Assembly (NCBI GenBank): GCA_964035575.1
Contig: OZ037838.1
Coordinates: forward strand, 372,001 to 436,000
Length of the DNA stretch: 64,000 nt
Direction of reading: 5' to 3'
From: Rhynchopus sp. YZ270_cl-10
Taxonomy: Eukaryota
Positions 1 through 12,133 of this stretch are shown one piece after another. The notes beneath the pieces were generated by a model. That model was not told the DNA's origin. It saw nothing but the letters and a program-made list of their open reading frames with translations, and did no database searches. The first letter of the stretch is position 1. Each line of letters opens with the position of its first letter. The position numbers and the translations under genes are program-made.

Positions 1-848
1 GTGGGGGATTAAAAAGGCAGCGTGAACTTTGTTTTTTACGGGATCTCTTATTTTTGTTGCGGTCTTTTTTTAGAGCCCTTTGAGAGCAATGATGTTTTTA
101 TGCTCTCATTAATACTTTTTCCGAAGAAGCTGGTCGATGACAGTCCATGAAGACGGTCCATGCCCTTTCAAACGCCTGTTCGAAAGGGCTTCACTTCCCT
201 ACAGTACCCAGTGCCATTCAGTTTCAAAAAAAAAGAAATATAGTACTTCAGCATGTGCAATCAATAAATAGTACAAAAAGAAAAGAAAAGAAAAGAAATG
301 CTCGAGAGACTCGTTACTCTTTGCTTGTTGATCAAAAGGCTAAAAACGGGAAGAGGAAAAATTAAGGTTGTTTGTTCTTCGCTTCCACACCAATTCTGTT
401 TCAGATGCAAGTCTTTAGGCCGTCCTTACAAGCGCCCGCCAAAACGCTGGGTGGACTTATTTTGTTTATATAGATTGTAGGAGTACTGTAGTTGCCTCGG
501 TTATGTTGCCACAGTACTGAGCTCGTCGCTCAGTGAGTCGGCCTCCCCGTAAGAGGAACAAGTTATCAGTTGACATCGTCCCCGACAGTTGTTCGGTAAC
601 ACCAAAAAAGGAAAGTACAAATTCATATCATACATTCCATGACTTTGCGTATAGAAAAGCCTGTTTCTGGAGCCAGTTTAAAGTGATAAAAAATCCGCCA
701 AAAAAATGTTGCGACCCCGGAATTTTTTCAGATCGATCCGGAAATTCACTTCCGCCCATTTTCGGGGATCAACAATGCACGACCTGGGTCGCAAATGCAA
801 CTGTCCGTGGACAGATGGATTTTATGAATTTTACCCCCCGATTTTTTT

Positions 849-1275
849 TTTTGGGGATATGCAATATACAAGGAAAGTTTCTGTCGCGATGAAGGGGATA
901 AGTATCCCTCACCAGTTCTTTTTACCCCCTAGCAACCCAACCCCACCCCCTATAGACAGCCCCTCCCATCCCATGTCTGTGCTCCGCACCAGTCCACAAA
1001 CTTCACAGAATTCTACAAGACATGTTCACAACAATCAAACGAGACGATTTGGGTTTTTCTGTACTTCAGTGATAATACAAGTCATGATCACAACAACCAA
1101 AGGGAAGAGACGAGTTGGGTAGAGTCGATCAACACGGTGTTTTAAAAAAAAAAAAAAAAAAAAAAGGGTAAACAGGGTACCACGGGTAGAAGAGAAGAAA
1201 GGATAACAAGGTAAATACGAGTAGATGGGGGCTAGGTAAACAGGGTTACTAGCAGGTTAACAGAGTACTACGGGA
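849..1275 (+). repeat. Split direct repeat A1
   Basis: About 427 bp matching 4761-5187 apart from homopolymer lengths. The ORF-track translations of the two copies are identical. Confidence 0.95.
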
Positions 1276-2768
1276 AGACGAGAGAACAGCCAGGAAACAA
1301 GGTCAATACCGGTAGATGGGGGCTAGGTAAACAGGGTTACTAGCAGGTGAACAGAGTATTACGGGAAGACAAGAGAAAAAGGAAACATGAAAAGGGGAAA
1401 AATAGGTATCAGGGGCTAGGTAAACAGGGTTACTAGCAGGAAAAGAGAATACCACGGGAAGACAAAAAGCCAGGTAAACAGGGTCACGAGCAGGGAACAG
1501 GGAAGGTAGGTGACCGGGAAGCCACAGGGAAGGAATGGGGTGAACGAGAGAGTATAAGAAACATGACGAAGATCATGAATAATATGGGGAATAAAGGAGG
1601 CTTCTGGGGGGACGGGATACACGGACTGCATTTAACCGGACTATTACGATGGGGTTATCACGATGACTATGCGTGGGAAGGCGGGGGGAAGACTATGCAT
1701 GGAGTAGCGCGCGGGTGGCTGGACGCATTCTCTGCCGTGGGGTGGGTGTGCACGTACTGCTGCTGAGAGGCGATTGCAGAAGGAGGAGGCGAAGAATGTC
1801 GCGACGGTAGTGAGCAACGAGGAGTAGGGCTACCACCCGCGGCAGCCGGAAAGGACCGTCCACCAGCTCAAGAGGGTGGCGGCGATGCGCGCGTTTACTT
1901 TAAGGAAATCATGAACTCCCGACGAGCACGTTCGCAATGTTACTGCCATGGTGCCTCTTTGCTGCAGTCTGGCAGCCTATCTGGTACAGTTCTCATCTTA
2001 CACATGCCTCCATTTGTTGACTGTGGGCGACATTGTGAAGCACACGAGCCACACGTTGAGTCTTCTGTCTGATGGTAAAGCGGGTGTGCTGCCTGTAGTC
2101 GATGGTGAAAGGTTTCGAACAAACTGATATCCGTACGGCACATATTCTCAGTGGATGAACAGTACAAACAGATCTTCAGCAAAATCAAAGTTATTCCGCA
2201 GACTCCAGAAGTGGCGATACAACTAAAACAGTACTTCGACGGACGAGGTCGCTGCCTCGGCCCAGGGAAAACTCCCAACGCTGTGTGGAACGGGTTCGAC
2301 GCCGCGAGTGAACTTTGGGGAGCGTGCTGACGTCGGGGTCGCGGCGCTGCACGGCGGTGGTTGATCGACGGTGACGTATGCGAATGCGGCAAAGGCCATT
2401 GATGCGGGTACAGTTAATCTTCGGTGAGTGCTGGCGTGGGGTTTGTACCCGAAGGGGGGTACGGGGCATTACGTTCCCTCATACGATCCGTACTGGAGGC
2501 CACAGGGAAAGGAGAGCAGGTTTACCCCGGGGGGAAGGGGAACGAGCAATCAGAGACATAGCTATCGTGGAGGTGGGGTACGGGGGGGGGCCCGGGGGGG
2601 GGGGGGGGGGGGGGAAAGGTTACAGAACAGGGGAGACTAATAACAGAGAGAGTTAGCGCGAAACATGAGAATGAAGAGAAAAACGATGGGTCAAAGCACG
2701 ATGAACGGAGCCTGAGCGGGGTCATATTGGGGCAACAGGGGGACGGGCAGTAAAGAGGGACGAAAAAT

Positions 2769-2805
<37 letters not shown>

Positions 2806-3559
2806 GATGAAGAAGAAGAAGGGGAAAAGGTAGAGGGATAAAAGGTACAGGGAAATAAGGTAAAGGGAGATAAGGTAGAGGGAGATAAGGTAGAGGGATA
2901 AAGGGTACAGCACTTTGCAAACGTGGTGTACGGGTTGAAGAGGTTCAGGGATAGACGTGTCGGGCCAGGTCGAGGCAGACCTCCAGAGGGCGCTGAACAG
3001 GCAGAGGGGGCGGTGGTGCTCGAAGCAGACAGAACCGGCGTCTCCGCAGGGTGACGACATCGTTTAAGGTCGTGCTGTCCGGGCCTGAAGCGTGTTTTTA
3101 TTTTATTTTTATGTTGATGGTACAGTGCGGCTCGCGAAAGCAACGGTGATGGGACGGTGTGTTACGCGTTTATGGCATAGGGGGTTGCGCGTGGAGGATA
3201 CGGCGGCGTTCTCGGAACCGCTGGCGTTACGCACAGAAGTACGAGGGGGATGAGTTTTTGGTGGATTGGGCCAGGGACATGGCAGAAGGGGGATGGTGTA
3301 GAGTGTGGTTACGACGAGGTTTTGTCGACTGGTGGGGCGATCCGGATGAGAGGCGGAGGTCTCAGTCTGAAGAGCGTTTGGCGGCAATCTGTGTGACGCG
3401 CATGGGCCTCGACGAGCTGCGTGCACTGGACGGGGACGGAAAGCTGGTTGGGGGTCACGGACCTCATTAGGTCTCCAGAGGCGTTTAGGGCGGCGTCAAG
3501 GACGGGGATGCTGCACGAGCTGGCACGGAAGACCCGCGCAGTGATTTCTTACCACCTGC

Positions 3560-4680
3560 GATTAGCACATGGAGGGATTGATGGAGTACAAAGTAGTGTT
3601 GCCTTTGGAGCGAAGTTTTTTATATAGAAGGCAGGGTTTAGACTTGGCGGGCACACAATGCAAAAGCGTTCGGGGAGGTTCCGTTTTGGTGTTCGACCGC
3701 TGCACGACATGTTGGTGGGACCTGCGGACATCGCATCAATGTCCTCGTGCGGTGTAGGAGGTACTGGACGTGAATTCCAATATCCGGTAGACAGAGACGT
3801 ATTGTGTATGTGCATGGGGTGAGGACGTACCGACGATTGCGCACCGTACGGCGAGCTTCTATTGCGGACGGATGAGGGTGTAGCGTGGGACGATAGCCTT
3901 TTGGTGTTAGGGGGCTGGTGGGTACGTATTGCGTGCGCAGTGTTTTTCCGGGGTCGCTGCGAACGGTGTATATTACGGTGAACTGCTCAGAGGTACACGG
4001 GAGGCCATTTCAGTTTTGAGAGAGTTCCGTGATCTGATCCGATACGCACACCGTATGTGAGCTGGCTGACGAAGTTGCGGGGACAGCGAGTGAGATGTCT
4101 TCGCGGAGGGTTTTTCGCGTGTTTGGGAGTCTGGTGTGGCAGTTGTACGTGACGCAGGTACCTATGGCATTCTTGGCCGCGACGATGTTACGTCCGGCGC
4201 GTAGCGGGAGCTTGTTCGACGGACAAGGCGGCGTGGGACGTATGGGTGCAGGTCCCGAGGTGGGGGTGTAGGGAGCTCGTTCATCGCCTGGGTTGGTGGA
4301 AGATAACGGGTGGTAGCATTTGCCCCCTACCGAGTCTTTGACTGTGTGGACGGACGCATCGAGCTAAGGCGGGGTGTGTACGTCGAAGGGGAGGAGCAAG
4401 CAGTAGGTATTATGGACGTTTCGGGGAGGCAGTTGTGCGGTCTACGGGTGGCGTCAGGCATGGTCCAAGGGTGTCGGATCAGATTGATGGTGGACATATT
4501 CGGAAACGGGGCATGGCGCAAACTTTGTACGGCACGGGTATCGCCGAGTAGAAGGCGGATGTTTTGTTACGGGGTGTGTTTACGCTGCGGTCGCGTGCGG
4601 CAGGTGAACGTGGCTGACCTGACTGCTTCGAAGTCGATACAGCACCCGATGTAGCCCCGTGAGTCAGGGTGCCTCACGTC
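3560..4680 (+). pseudogene. Decayed reverse transcriptase / RNase H of DIRS type
   Basis: Motifs occur in the expected order across frameshifts and stops: KRSGRFR/LVFD (~3664-3700), WDLR..HQ (~3716-3742), CMG*..TIAH (~3810-3845), VAWDDSLLVLG (~3880-3912), RRVFRVFGSLVW (~4104-4139), VWTDASS*G (TDAS at 4350-4361), IRLMVD (~4478-4495). A possible recombinase remnant AFRAASRTG lies at ~3481-3507. Confidence 0.75.
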
Positions 4681-4704
4681 CCTAAGGGGTCCTCAGGGTC
4701 CAGC

Positions 4705-5187
4705 GTGTGGATGCTGCAATGCAACACGATACTTATCAACACGAAGAGACACAAGTAACTTTTTGGGGATATGCAATATACAAGGAAAGTTTCTGTCGCG
4801 ATGAAGGGGATAAGTATCCCTCACCAGTTCTTTTTACCCCCTAGCAACCCAACCCCACCCCCTATAGACAGCCCCTCCCATCCCATGTCTGTGCTCCGCA
4901 CCAGTCCACAAACTTCACAGAATTCTACAAGACATGTTCACAACAATCAAACGAGACGATTTGGGTTTTTCTGTACTTCAGTGATAATACAAGTCATGAT
5001 CACAACAACCAAAGGGAAGAGACGAGTTGGGTAGAGTCGATCAACACGGTGTTTAAAAAAAAAAAAAAAAAAAAAAAGGGTAAACAGGGTACCACGGGTA
5101 GAAGAGAAGAAAGGATAACAAGGTAAATACGAGTAGATGGGGGCTAGGTAAACAGGGTTACTAGCAGGTTAACAGAGTACTACGGGA
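4705..5187 (+). repeat. Internal B1-A2 junction repeat
   Basis: B1 (gtgtggatgc...caagtaactttt) runs directly into A2 (ttttggggatatgc...). This equals the element's right end joined to its left end. Confidence 0.93.
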
Positions 5188-5319
5188 TGACAAGAAAACA
5201 GGTAAAAAGGGTGAGAACGGAAAGAGAGGATTGATGGGCATAACCAGGGACAAGATAAGAGTAACTACAGAGGGAGTGGGGAAAATCATGAAGTACAGAA
5301 CGAGGTCACTGTGGAACTG

Positions 5320-5378
5320 GTGTGGATGCTGCAATGCAACACGATACTTATCAACACGAAGAGACACAAGTAACTTTT
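5320..5378 (+). repeat. Split direct repeat B2
   Basis: 59 bp identical to 4705-4763. Confidence 0.93.
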
Positions 5379-7886
5379 CGATTTTTATTTCTTTGGAAAG
5401 ATCGGTAACGAAAACGTTCAATTCCGGGGTCGCACGATTTTTTTTATGCCTCTGTGGATGGTTAGGTGATTTTTGGCTGTGGTACCCCCTTTGGGAACGT
5501 TTCTATGCAGGTTTCTTAAGGACTTCCTTAAGAAAACCTCCTCTTTTAGTCGCAACACAGTGACCTTTGTAAATTGATTTTTTTTTGGAGAAAGTTTTCG
5601 ATTTTTGTTTCTTTGGACTTATTTTTTACAAATCCTTCAATTCGGACAAAATTTTTACCCCGGAAACACACTCCACGGGATGCAACTTTTGATGGAACCG
5701 ACCCCTTTTTTCACCTTTCTATGCAGGTTTCTTAAGGAATTCCTTAAGAAAACCCCCTCTTTGGGTAGCAACACAGTGGCGTCTCTAAATTGGATTTTTT
5801 TTGAAGAAAGTTTTCGATTTTTTTTTCTTTGGATTTATTTTTGACAAATCTTTCAATTCCGACCATTTTTTTAGCCCGGAAACACACTCCACGGTACGCA
5901 ACTTTTGGTGGAGCCGACCCCCTTTTCTGCACTGAAATACCTATACGTTACTGTATAAAGACCCATGGAGCCACTTTAAATTGACTTCTACTCCACTAAA
6001 GTGGTCGATTTTTTTTATGGTGAAAAGCGGGGAGCTCGGAAATTCACTTCCGCTGGTTTTCGGGTGGGAAAAATTACATGACACACACCCACCTCACCGA
6101 GAGCCAAAACAGAAATACGCTCACCTTGATATTTTTTTTGGAAAAAAAAATTTTTTTTCTGGAGGGTGTTCAAATTTCCCGTTTTTCCCTTTTCTCCCGT
6201 TTTTCCCTTTGTCTTTGCCATTTTTTTTTTCGAAAAATTTTTGGCCCCCTGGGTTGGGTCTTGGGGCACCGAAAAATGCCAAAAAACGCAAAAATCGGCT
6301 GTTTTGACCATCTGTGGTTACACCATATACACGTCTCTGTACAAGCCTATACTATACCCAAAAGTGGATAGGCAAGGCCGTGTTTGACCAAAAAAAAAAA
6401 TTTTTTTTTTCAAAAAAATCGAGTTTTCGTCACCTGTGGGTGGTCGTAGGATCGAAATTTGCGAAAATTTTTCACTTTTTTTTTTTGACCCAAAAAATTT
6501 TTTTTCGACAAGGGAAGCCTCTTTTTTACTTTCAACGGATGTCATCCGTCCGATTTTGAGAAACCCCCCCCCCCCTCCCCCCCCGGAGAAGATTGTAAAT
6601 TTGGCAACCTGAAGTTTTCGGCTTTTGGACAGACGTAAAAAAATTTGAAAACCAGCGGAAGTGGATTTCCGAGCTCCCCGCTTTTCACCACAAAAAAAAT
6701 CGACCACTTTAGTGGAGTGGAAGTTAATTTAAAGTGGCTCCAGTACACAGTACACAGTACACAGTACACAGTACACAGTACACAGTACACAGTACACAGT
6801 ACACAGTACACAGTACACAGTACACAGTACACAGTACACAGTACACAGTACACAGTACACAGTACACAGTACACAGTACACAGTACACAGTACACAGTAC
6901 ACAGTACACAGTACACAGTACACAGTACACAGTACACAGTACACAGTACACAGTACACAGTACACAGTACACAGTACACAGTACACAGTACACAGTACAC
7001 AGTACACAGTACACAGTACACAGTACACAGTACACAGTACACAGTACACAGTACACAGTACACAGTACACAGTACACAGTACACAGTACACAGTACACAG
7101 TACACAGTACACAGTACACAGTACACAGTACACAGTACACAGTACACAGTACACAGTACACAGTACACAGTACACAGTACACAGTACACAGTACACAGTA
7201 CACAGTACACAGTACACAGTACACAGTACACAGTACACAGTACACAGTACACAGTACACAGTACACAGTACACAGTACACAGTACACAGTACACAGTACA
7301 CAGTACACAGTACACAGTACACAGTACACAGTACACAGTACACAGTACACAGTACACAGTACACAGTACACAGTACACAGTACACAGTACACAGTACACA
7401 GTACACAGTACACAGTACACAGTACACAGTACACAGTACACAGTACAGTGAAGTCAATTTAAAGGCTCCATGGGTCTTTATACAGTAACGTATAGGGATT
7501 TCAGTGCATAAAGGGGGGTCGGCTCCACCAAAAGTTGCGTACCGTGGAGTGTGTTCCTGAATAAAAAAAATGGTCGGAATTGAAAGATTCGTAAAAAATA
7601 AATCCAAAGGAAAAAAATCGAAAACCTTCTTCAAAAGAAATCCAACTTAGAGACGCCACTGTGCTGCGACCCAAAGAGGAGGTTTTCTTAAGGAATTCCT
7701 TAAGAAACCTGCGTAGAAACGTTCCCAAAGGGGGTACCACAGCCAAAAATCACCTAACCATCCACAGAGGCATAAAAAAAATCGTGCGACCCCGGAATTG
7801 AACGTTTTCATAACCGATCTTTCCAAATAAATAAAATTCGAAATTTTTTTTTTTGAAGAAAATTCATAAAATCCATGTGACCACGG
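5376..7886. repeat. Long imperfect inverted repeat (foldback-like) with arms ~5376-6062 and ~6646-7886
   Basis: 5966-6061 is the reverse complement of 6647-6742, and 5376-5990 matches 7450-7840. Internal palindromes such as ttcttaaggaattccttaagaa occur. The left arm continues at 806-848 beyond the retroelement. Confidence 0.8.
6741..7447. repeat. (CAGTACA)n satellite, ~101 units
   Basis: Perfect 7-mer tandem array. Confidence 0.99.
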
Positions 7887-10742
7887 TTTTGTACTAGACC
7901 CCCCCGTTGCCAAATTACCAAACTTTTCCGCTCACCCCCCCGGAGACCCCCCCCCCCCCTCCCCCCCCGGATGACATCCGTTGAAAGTAAAAAAGAGGCT
8001 TCCCCAAGGCAACGGGAAAAATGACTAAGGGGAAAGGGGAAAAAAGGGAAAAACGGGAATTTGGAGGATCCCCTATTTTGAGGATCATTTTTTACAGTCA
8101 CATTTTACCTTAGCAAAATCCGAAAAAAAAAATTTTTTTTTCGAAAAAATTTTGGCCCCCTGGGGTGGGTCTTGGGGCACCGAAAAATGCAAAAAAAACG
8201 TAAAAATCGGGTGTTTTGAGCATCTGTGGTTACACCATATACACGTCTGTAACCCCACATAGGCCCATTACCATGGTTTCGTTAGCTCTTGTGGCATGCC
8301 CTCCTGCAGTTTCCTGCTCATCGGCGGCCTCTAGTCCGTGTGGACTTGGGCCACTACCAGCTTCCGGAGGAGCGACGCTCACGTGCGAGCGTCGGAGCAC
8401 CGCACGTCAGTTCTCCTAAGCTCCTTGTGACTTGACTCGTGCCGGTGCTGGTGTCTCTTCTTGTGACCCACCGAGCACGCAGCCAACAGTGCGTCAAACC
8501 CTCAAGATCCTGTAGCACCGAGGGTGTGTGAACCCCAATCGTCTGCGTCAGGACATACGCCGTCTGCCATCAAGCGGAGGGTGCTCCAATACTCCTCAGA
8601 CACGAAGGAGCAATCACAGCGATCACGAACCACGCGATTGAGGCGGTTTCACAGGTGGTCAGCGGGGGAAGCATACGAGGCTTCACAAAGCAACACCGCT
8701 TCCGGAGATGACCGGCTCCCCTCTTCCTCAACATGCACCAGAGCCCTATTTTTCACAAGCGGTCCCGAAACCTTAAAGTTTGCGCAAGCCCTGGAGTCAT
8801 CCGATGACGCAAGGCAAGTCACTCTCCCAAAGCGATGGCATTGGATGGCAGTATCCGAAGTCAGACCTCCGGGAAATATTGAATCCTTAATGGACGACTT
8901 CAATGTGATCGCTGCCTTCTCCCTCTACGTCCCACCCTTCAAGAACACGGAGACTCGCAAGCTGCAAGTAATTTGAGGTTGTTTCTGCGAGCCCCGACCT
9001 AAACCGTTCATCTTCAGAGATATGTACAGTGTGCGCACTACTTTCCGCAGGAAGAACGGGCCCATTTTGGGCTCCGACCTCAGAGGCCGTTTTCGAAGAC
9101 AGCTACAGTGGGATATTTTGGTTCCTCAATTTTTTATAACAAAAGCGAAAATCTGCCTATGTGCTTGAAAAATGCTGTGCATTTTTGGTAGAATTTTTTA
9201 AAAATTGCTATACTCCCCTATGACTGGACCCAACTCCCCTCACTCTTTTTTTGGTCAAAAACACCCCAAATTTTTCTACCGTTTTTTCCGTTTTTGACCT
9301 TTTTAGACACCCTCCTCTGGATTTTTATTTCTTTGGATCCGGCCGATTCGAAACGTTCAATTGCGGGGTCGGACGATCAAAAATATGCATCTCACATTTC
9401 TGAGTGCAAAATATGAAAAAGTATACGCTTTTATTTTTCCTTCCTTCAAAACTACACACACACAACGCTTTTTTGGTTTTTGGGAGACACACAAGGTGCC
9501 AGGTTCTATGATAAGCACGGAACCACCCTGCACCTATTTGTCATGTTGTTTCCCGTGCAATACATGGAGAAACGTTTCGCACTCGAAACAAGGGAAACCA
9601 TGACAACACAGGTGCAGGGGTTTTTTGAAGTTTGCTGCATTTGAACATATTTTTCTGCTTTATGACAAAGAACAAGAGATACGTAAGAGCAGACACGCCG
9701 CTAGGCTGTGTACTGACAGAGCAAATAGAAACATGTATACATGTTCCAGAGAGGGAACCGAGAAGCGTCACAAGAAAGCGCTACGACGAGCGTAGCAGAA
9801 AAAATCGTAAGAAAGTCACAAGAGATGTTAGCAAGCATCCAGCACTCAATCCACTAAAGGAATACAAGAGCACTATGTAAGAGAAAAAACAACACTAACA
9901 TTCATGGAGCCAGGGGAGCGAAGGGTGCACACGGCACCGAGAAAGAAACACGAAGGAGACCCGAGTATCCCGCACTCTGTCCTACGAGAGACCACCAGCT
10001 CTCTTCCCCGGACAGGCGAGCCCACAAGTGCTCTGTCCAATCCACGAGATCAACTAGGATCTTAACTTAAATACAGGTACAGACTCATTTGACTTTCATG
10101 CAGCGAAAAAGAATGGCAAAACAGAGTGCTAACAGCACCGGGAGAGAGCATCAAAAAACATCCGAGCAGCTAATACTCAAGTCAAGCAAGAGATCCCGAG
10201 AACTCATCACTAGGCTCCAACAAGAACTTAATCTCTAACCTAGCTCAACCAAGAACTCTACCCAAGCAAGACCAATCCATACGAGACGTCACAAGAACTC
10301 GTCACCTGGCTCAACCAAGAACTGAATCTCTCACCAGGATCATCTAAGAACTGTACTCACGCAGGGTTACCAAGTATAAACTCATCAGTGTTCGCGGCGC
10401 AGAAGAAACAAACAAAGTGCAAACGGCACATAGAAAAACGAAAAACATGAAACATATCCGAGCATCAAATACTCGATCTCCACCAGAGACCATAAGAACT
10501 CCTCACCCATGAAAGACTAGCCCCCTCGGCACTCAGTCTCACACCAGGGCTCAACCAAGAACTTGACTCAAGCAGGACCACCAAGTACATATTCATTAAC
10601 ACTCATGACACAGGGGCCGAAAGCGGAGTTTCTTGGGGGTGTTTTGAGGGTCTTGGGTTTTTTTGCTGGTGCCCTGGGTTATATTTATCACCACGCTCCC
10701 GCCCCTCCCTCCCCCGCTTCCCTCCCCTCCACTGTCACATTG

Positions 10743-11831
10743 CTAACCAGTGTGTGGGTACAGATGCTGTGTCACAATGACGCCATTTGATTTCATAACC
10801 ATAACAACACGTGAACACGGAGATATCGCAAATGCCCCATTCTCGGTTTGCGACAGAACACGCACACAGGACATGGTTGCCACATCATACTGGCGCAACA
10901 CGAGCATAGTCTTCACCACAAGGTACTTCCCACACGGGGTGAACTGCATGCCCTGGACACCCCCATCCACATCAACACTGCGAAGAGCTGCACCACTCCA
11001 ATCAAAGAGCTGCACGGTGTTTATAAAGAGGCGTTCACTGATATCGCTCCCCACAGCAATGACAGAGGCAGACCGTGAAAGCGCCGCTACACACCACCTG
11101 ACCGCAGGCAGAAATGCCACAGCTTCACCTGTGTTCACATCCCACAGACGTACGTTGTCCTCACTGGAGGTGGCCACCCACCCACCACAGTCCGACAGTG
11201 CCACGTCCCAGCACCCTTCGTGCGAGAGAGAGCGGAGCAACGTCAGGTCTTCGTCATACACAGAGACGCCGTCTGTGCCCTTCGAGACAACAACACCGCC
11301 ACACGTCCGTATTGAAACGGAGGGGCAGTCGACTTTGCGGACCACCTCCCCACCCGGAAGTGCAACCTCGAGAAGGCAATCCTTGTATGCCAGGTAGCAG
11401 CGTGTCTTGCGCTGCGAGATGGCAGCCGGACCGTACACTTCATTGGCCACTTTGAACGAGAAGACAGTGTTGAAGGTTTCTGTGTCGAAGCCGCCAACGT
11501 CCCCACTCTCGTTACTGTGGATGCAGAGCGTTCCACAACGCGACAGCGTCAACGACGTCGCTTGTGGTTCTGCAGTGTACTTAGCAGGACACTTGATGTC
11601 GGCAAAGCGAGGGCGGGCAAGCACAACCTGCACCCCTGCATCAAACGCAGTGTCCTGCAGACGGCACGTCCCCTCCAGCACCTGCGTGCCGATGCGCATC
11701 TCGACAGACGCAGGCGAGACAGCAAGCGCCGTGCACGCAACCTCCTTTGCCGCTGCAACGTCCGCCTCGCACGGCACCTCCACTGTCGCAGTCACGCCTG
11801 ACTCTTCCAGCACAAAGGTCACATCCATCAT
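10743..11831 (-). CDS. UBL-WD40 propeller family, copy 1
   Basis: MMDVTFVLEESG... beta-grasp pattern without C-terminal GG, followed by 7 blade motifs (LSRCG, ISQ.K, CGG, SDCGG..RLWDVNTG, LSRSAS, FTPCGKY, ISPCSR). Start set at the conserved ATG. Confidence 0.9.
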   Translation of the reverse strand: MMDVTFVLEESGVTATVEVPCEADVAAAKEVACTALAVSPASVEMRIGTQVLEGTCRLQDTAFDAGVQVVLARPRFADIKCPAKYTAEPQATSLTLSRCGTLCIHSNESGDVGGFDTETFNTVFSFKVANEVYGPAAISQRKTRCYLAYKDCLLEVALPGGEVVRKVDCPSVSIRTCGGVVVSKGTDGVSVYDEDLTLLRSLSHEGCWDVALSDCGGWVATSSEDNVRLWDVNTGEAVAFLPAVRWCVAALSRSASVIAVGSDISERLFINTVQLFDWSGAALRSVDVDGGVQGMQFTPCGKYLVVKTMLVLRQYDVATMSCVRVLSQTENGAFAISPCSRVVMVMKSNGVIVTQHLYPHTG

Positions 11832-12133
11832 ATTGTTAAGGGCTCTGTTGTGTTTGATGTGATGATTGGTGGTGTCACTTCGCAATGACAAATAAGAAGG
11901 TTGGTGGGTTAAATACGTGTTTCAACAAACTCTGACAAAGCGAGCAATTTGAAGATACCCTGCGGCAAACACACAGGAGCGAGGCGACCTGACTGTGAGA
12001 CAGGCAAACAAGAGAAAAGCAGCAACAGGGCTGAAAAGGGGAGTTTCTTGGGGGTGTTTTGTCTTGGGTTTTTTTTTGCTGGTGCCCTGGGGTATATTCA
12101 TCACCACCCTCCCTCCCCTCCCCTGGTCACACA

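Larger units (their letters stand above)
849..5378 (+). mobile_element. Tyrosine-recombinase (DIRS-order, Ngaro/PAT/TATE-like) retrotransposon with split direct repeats, non-autonomous
   Basis: Architecture is A1(849-1275)...B1(4705-4763)A2(4761-5187)...B2(5320-5378). Decayed RT/RNaseH motifs lie inside. There is no TSD and both ends lie in T runs. Joining the flanks rebuilds the repeat seen inverted at 7801-7886. Confidence 0.85.

Noticed and set aside
849..5187. Ordinary LTR retrotransposon
   Set aside because: No TG...CA ends, TSD or integrase. The extra B repeats and the TDAS RNaseH motif fit the DIRS order.
6542..7634. Long ORFs of VYCVLCT / HSTQYTV repeats
   Set aside because: Translations of a stop-free 7-mer satellite, open in all frames.
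8524..8976. 150 aa plus-strand ORF
   Set aside because: Non-ATG start and no recognisable domain. Possibly a decayed element, but unsupported.
10190..10570. Recurrent ggctcaaccaagaact motif
   Set aside because: Degenerate, irregular tandem-like repeat with no assignable function.
11832..11891. Upstream extensions (MSLRSDTTNHH... and others) of family ORFs
   Set aside because: Mostly non-ATG starts that differ by flank type. Conservation begins at M(M)DVTF and a likely acceptor lies just upstream.
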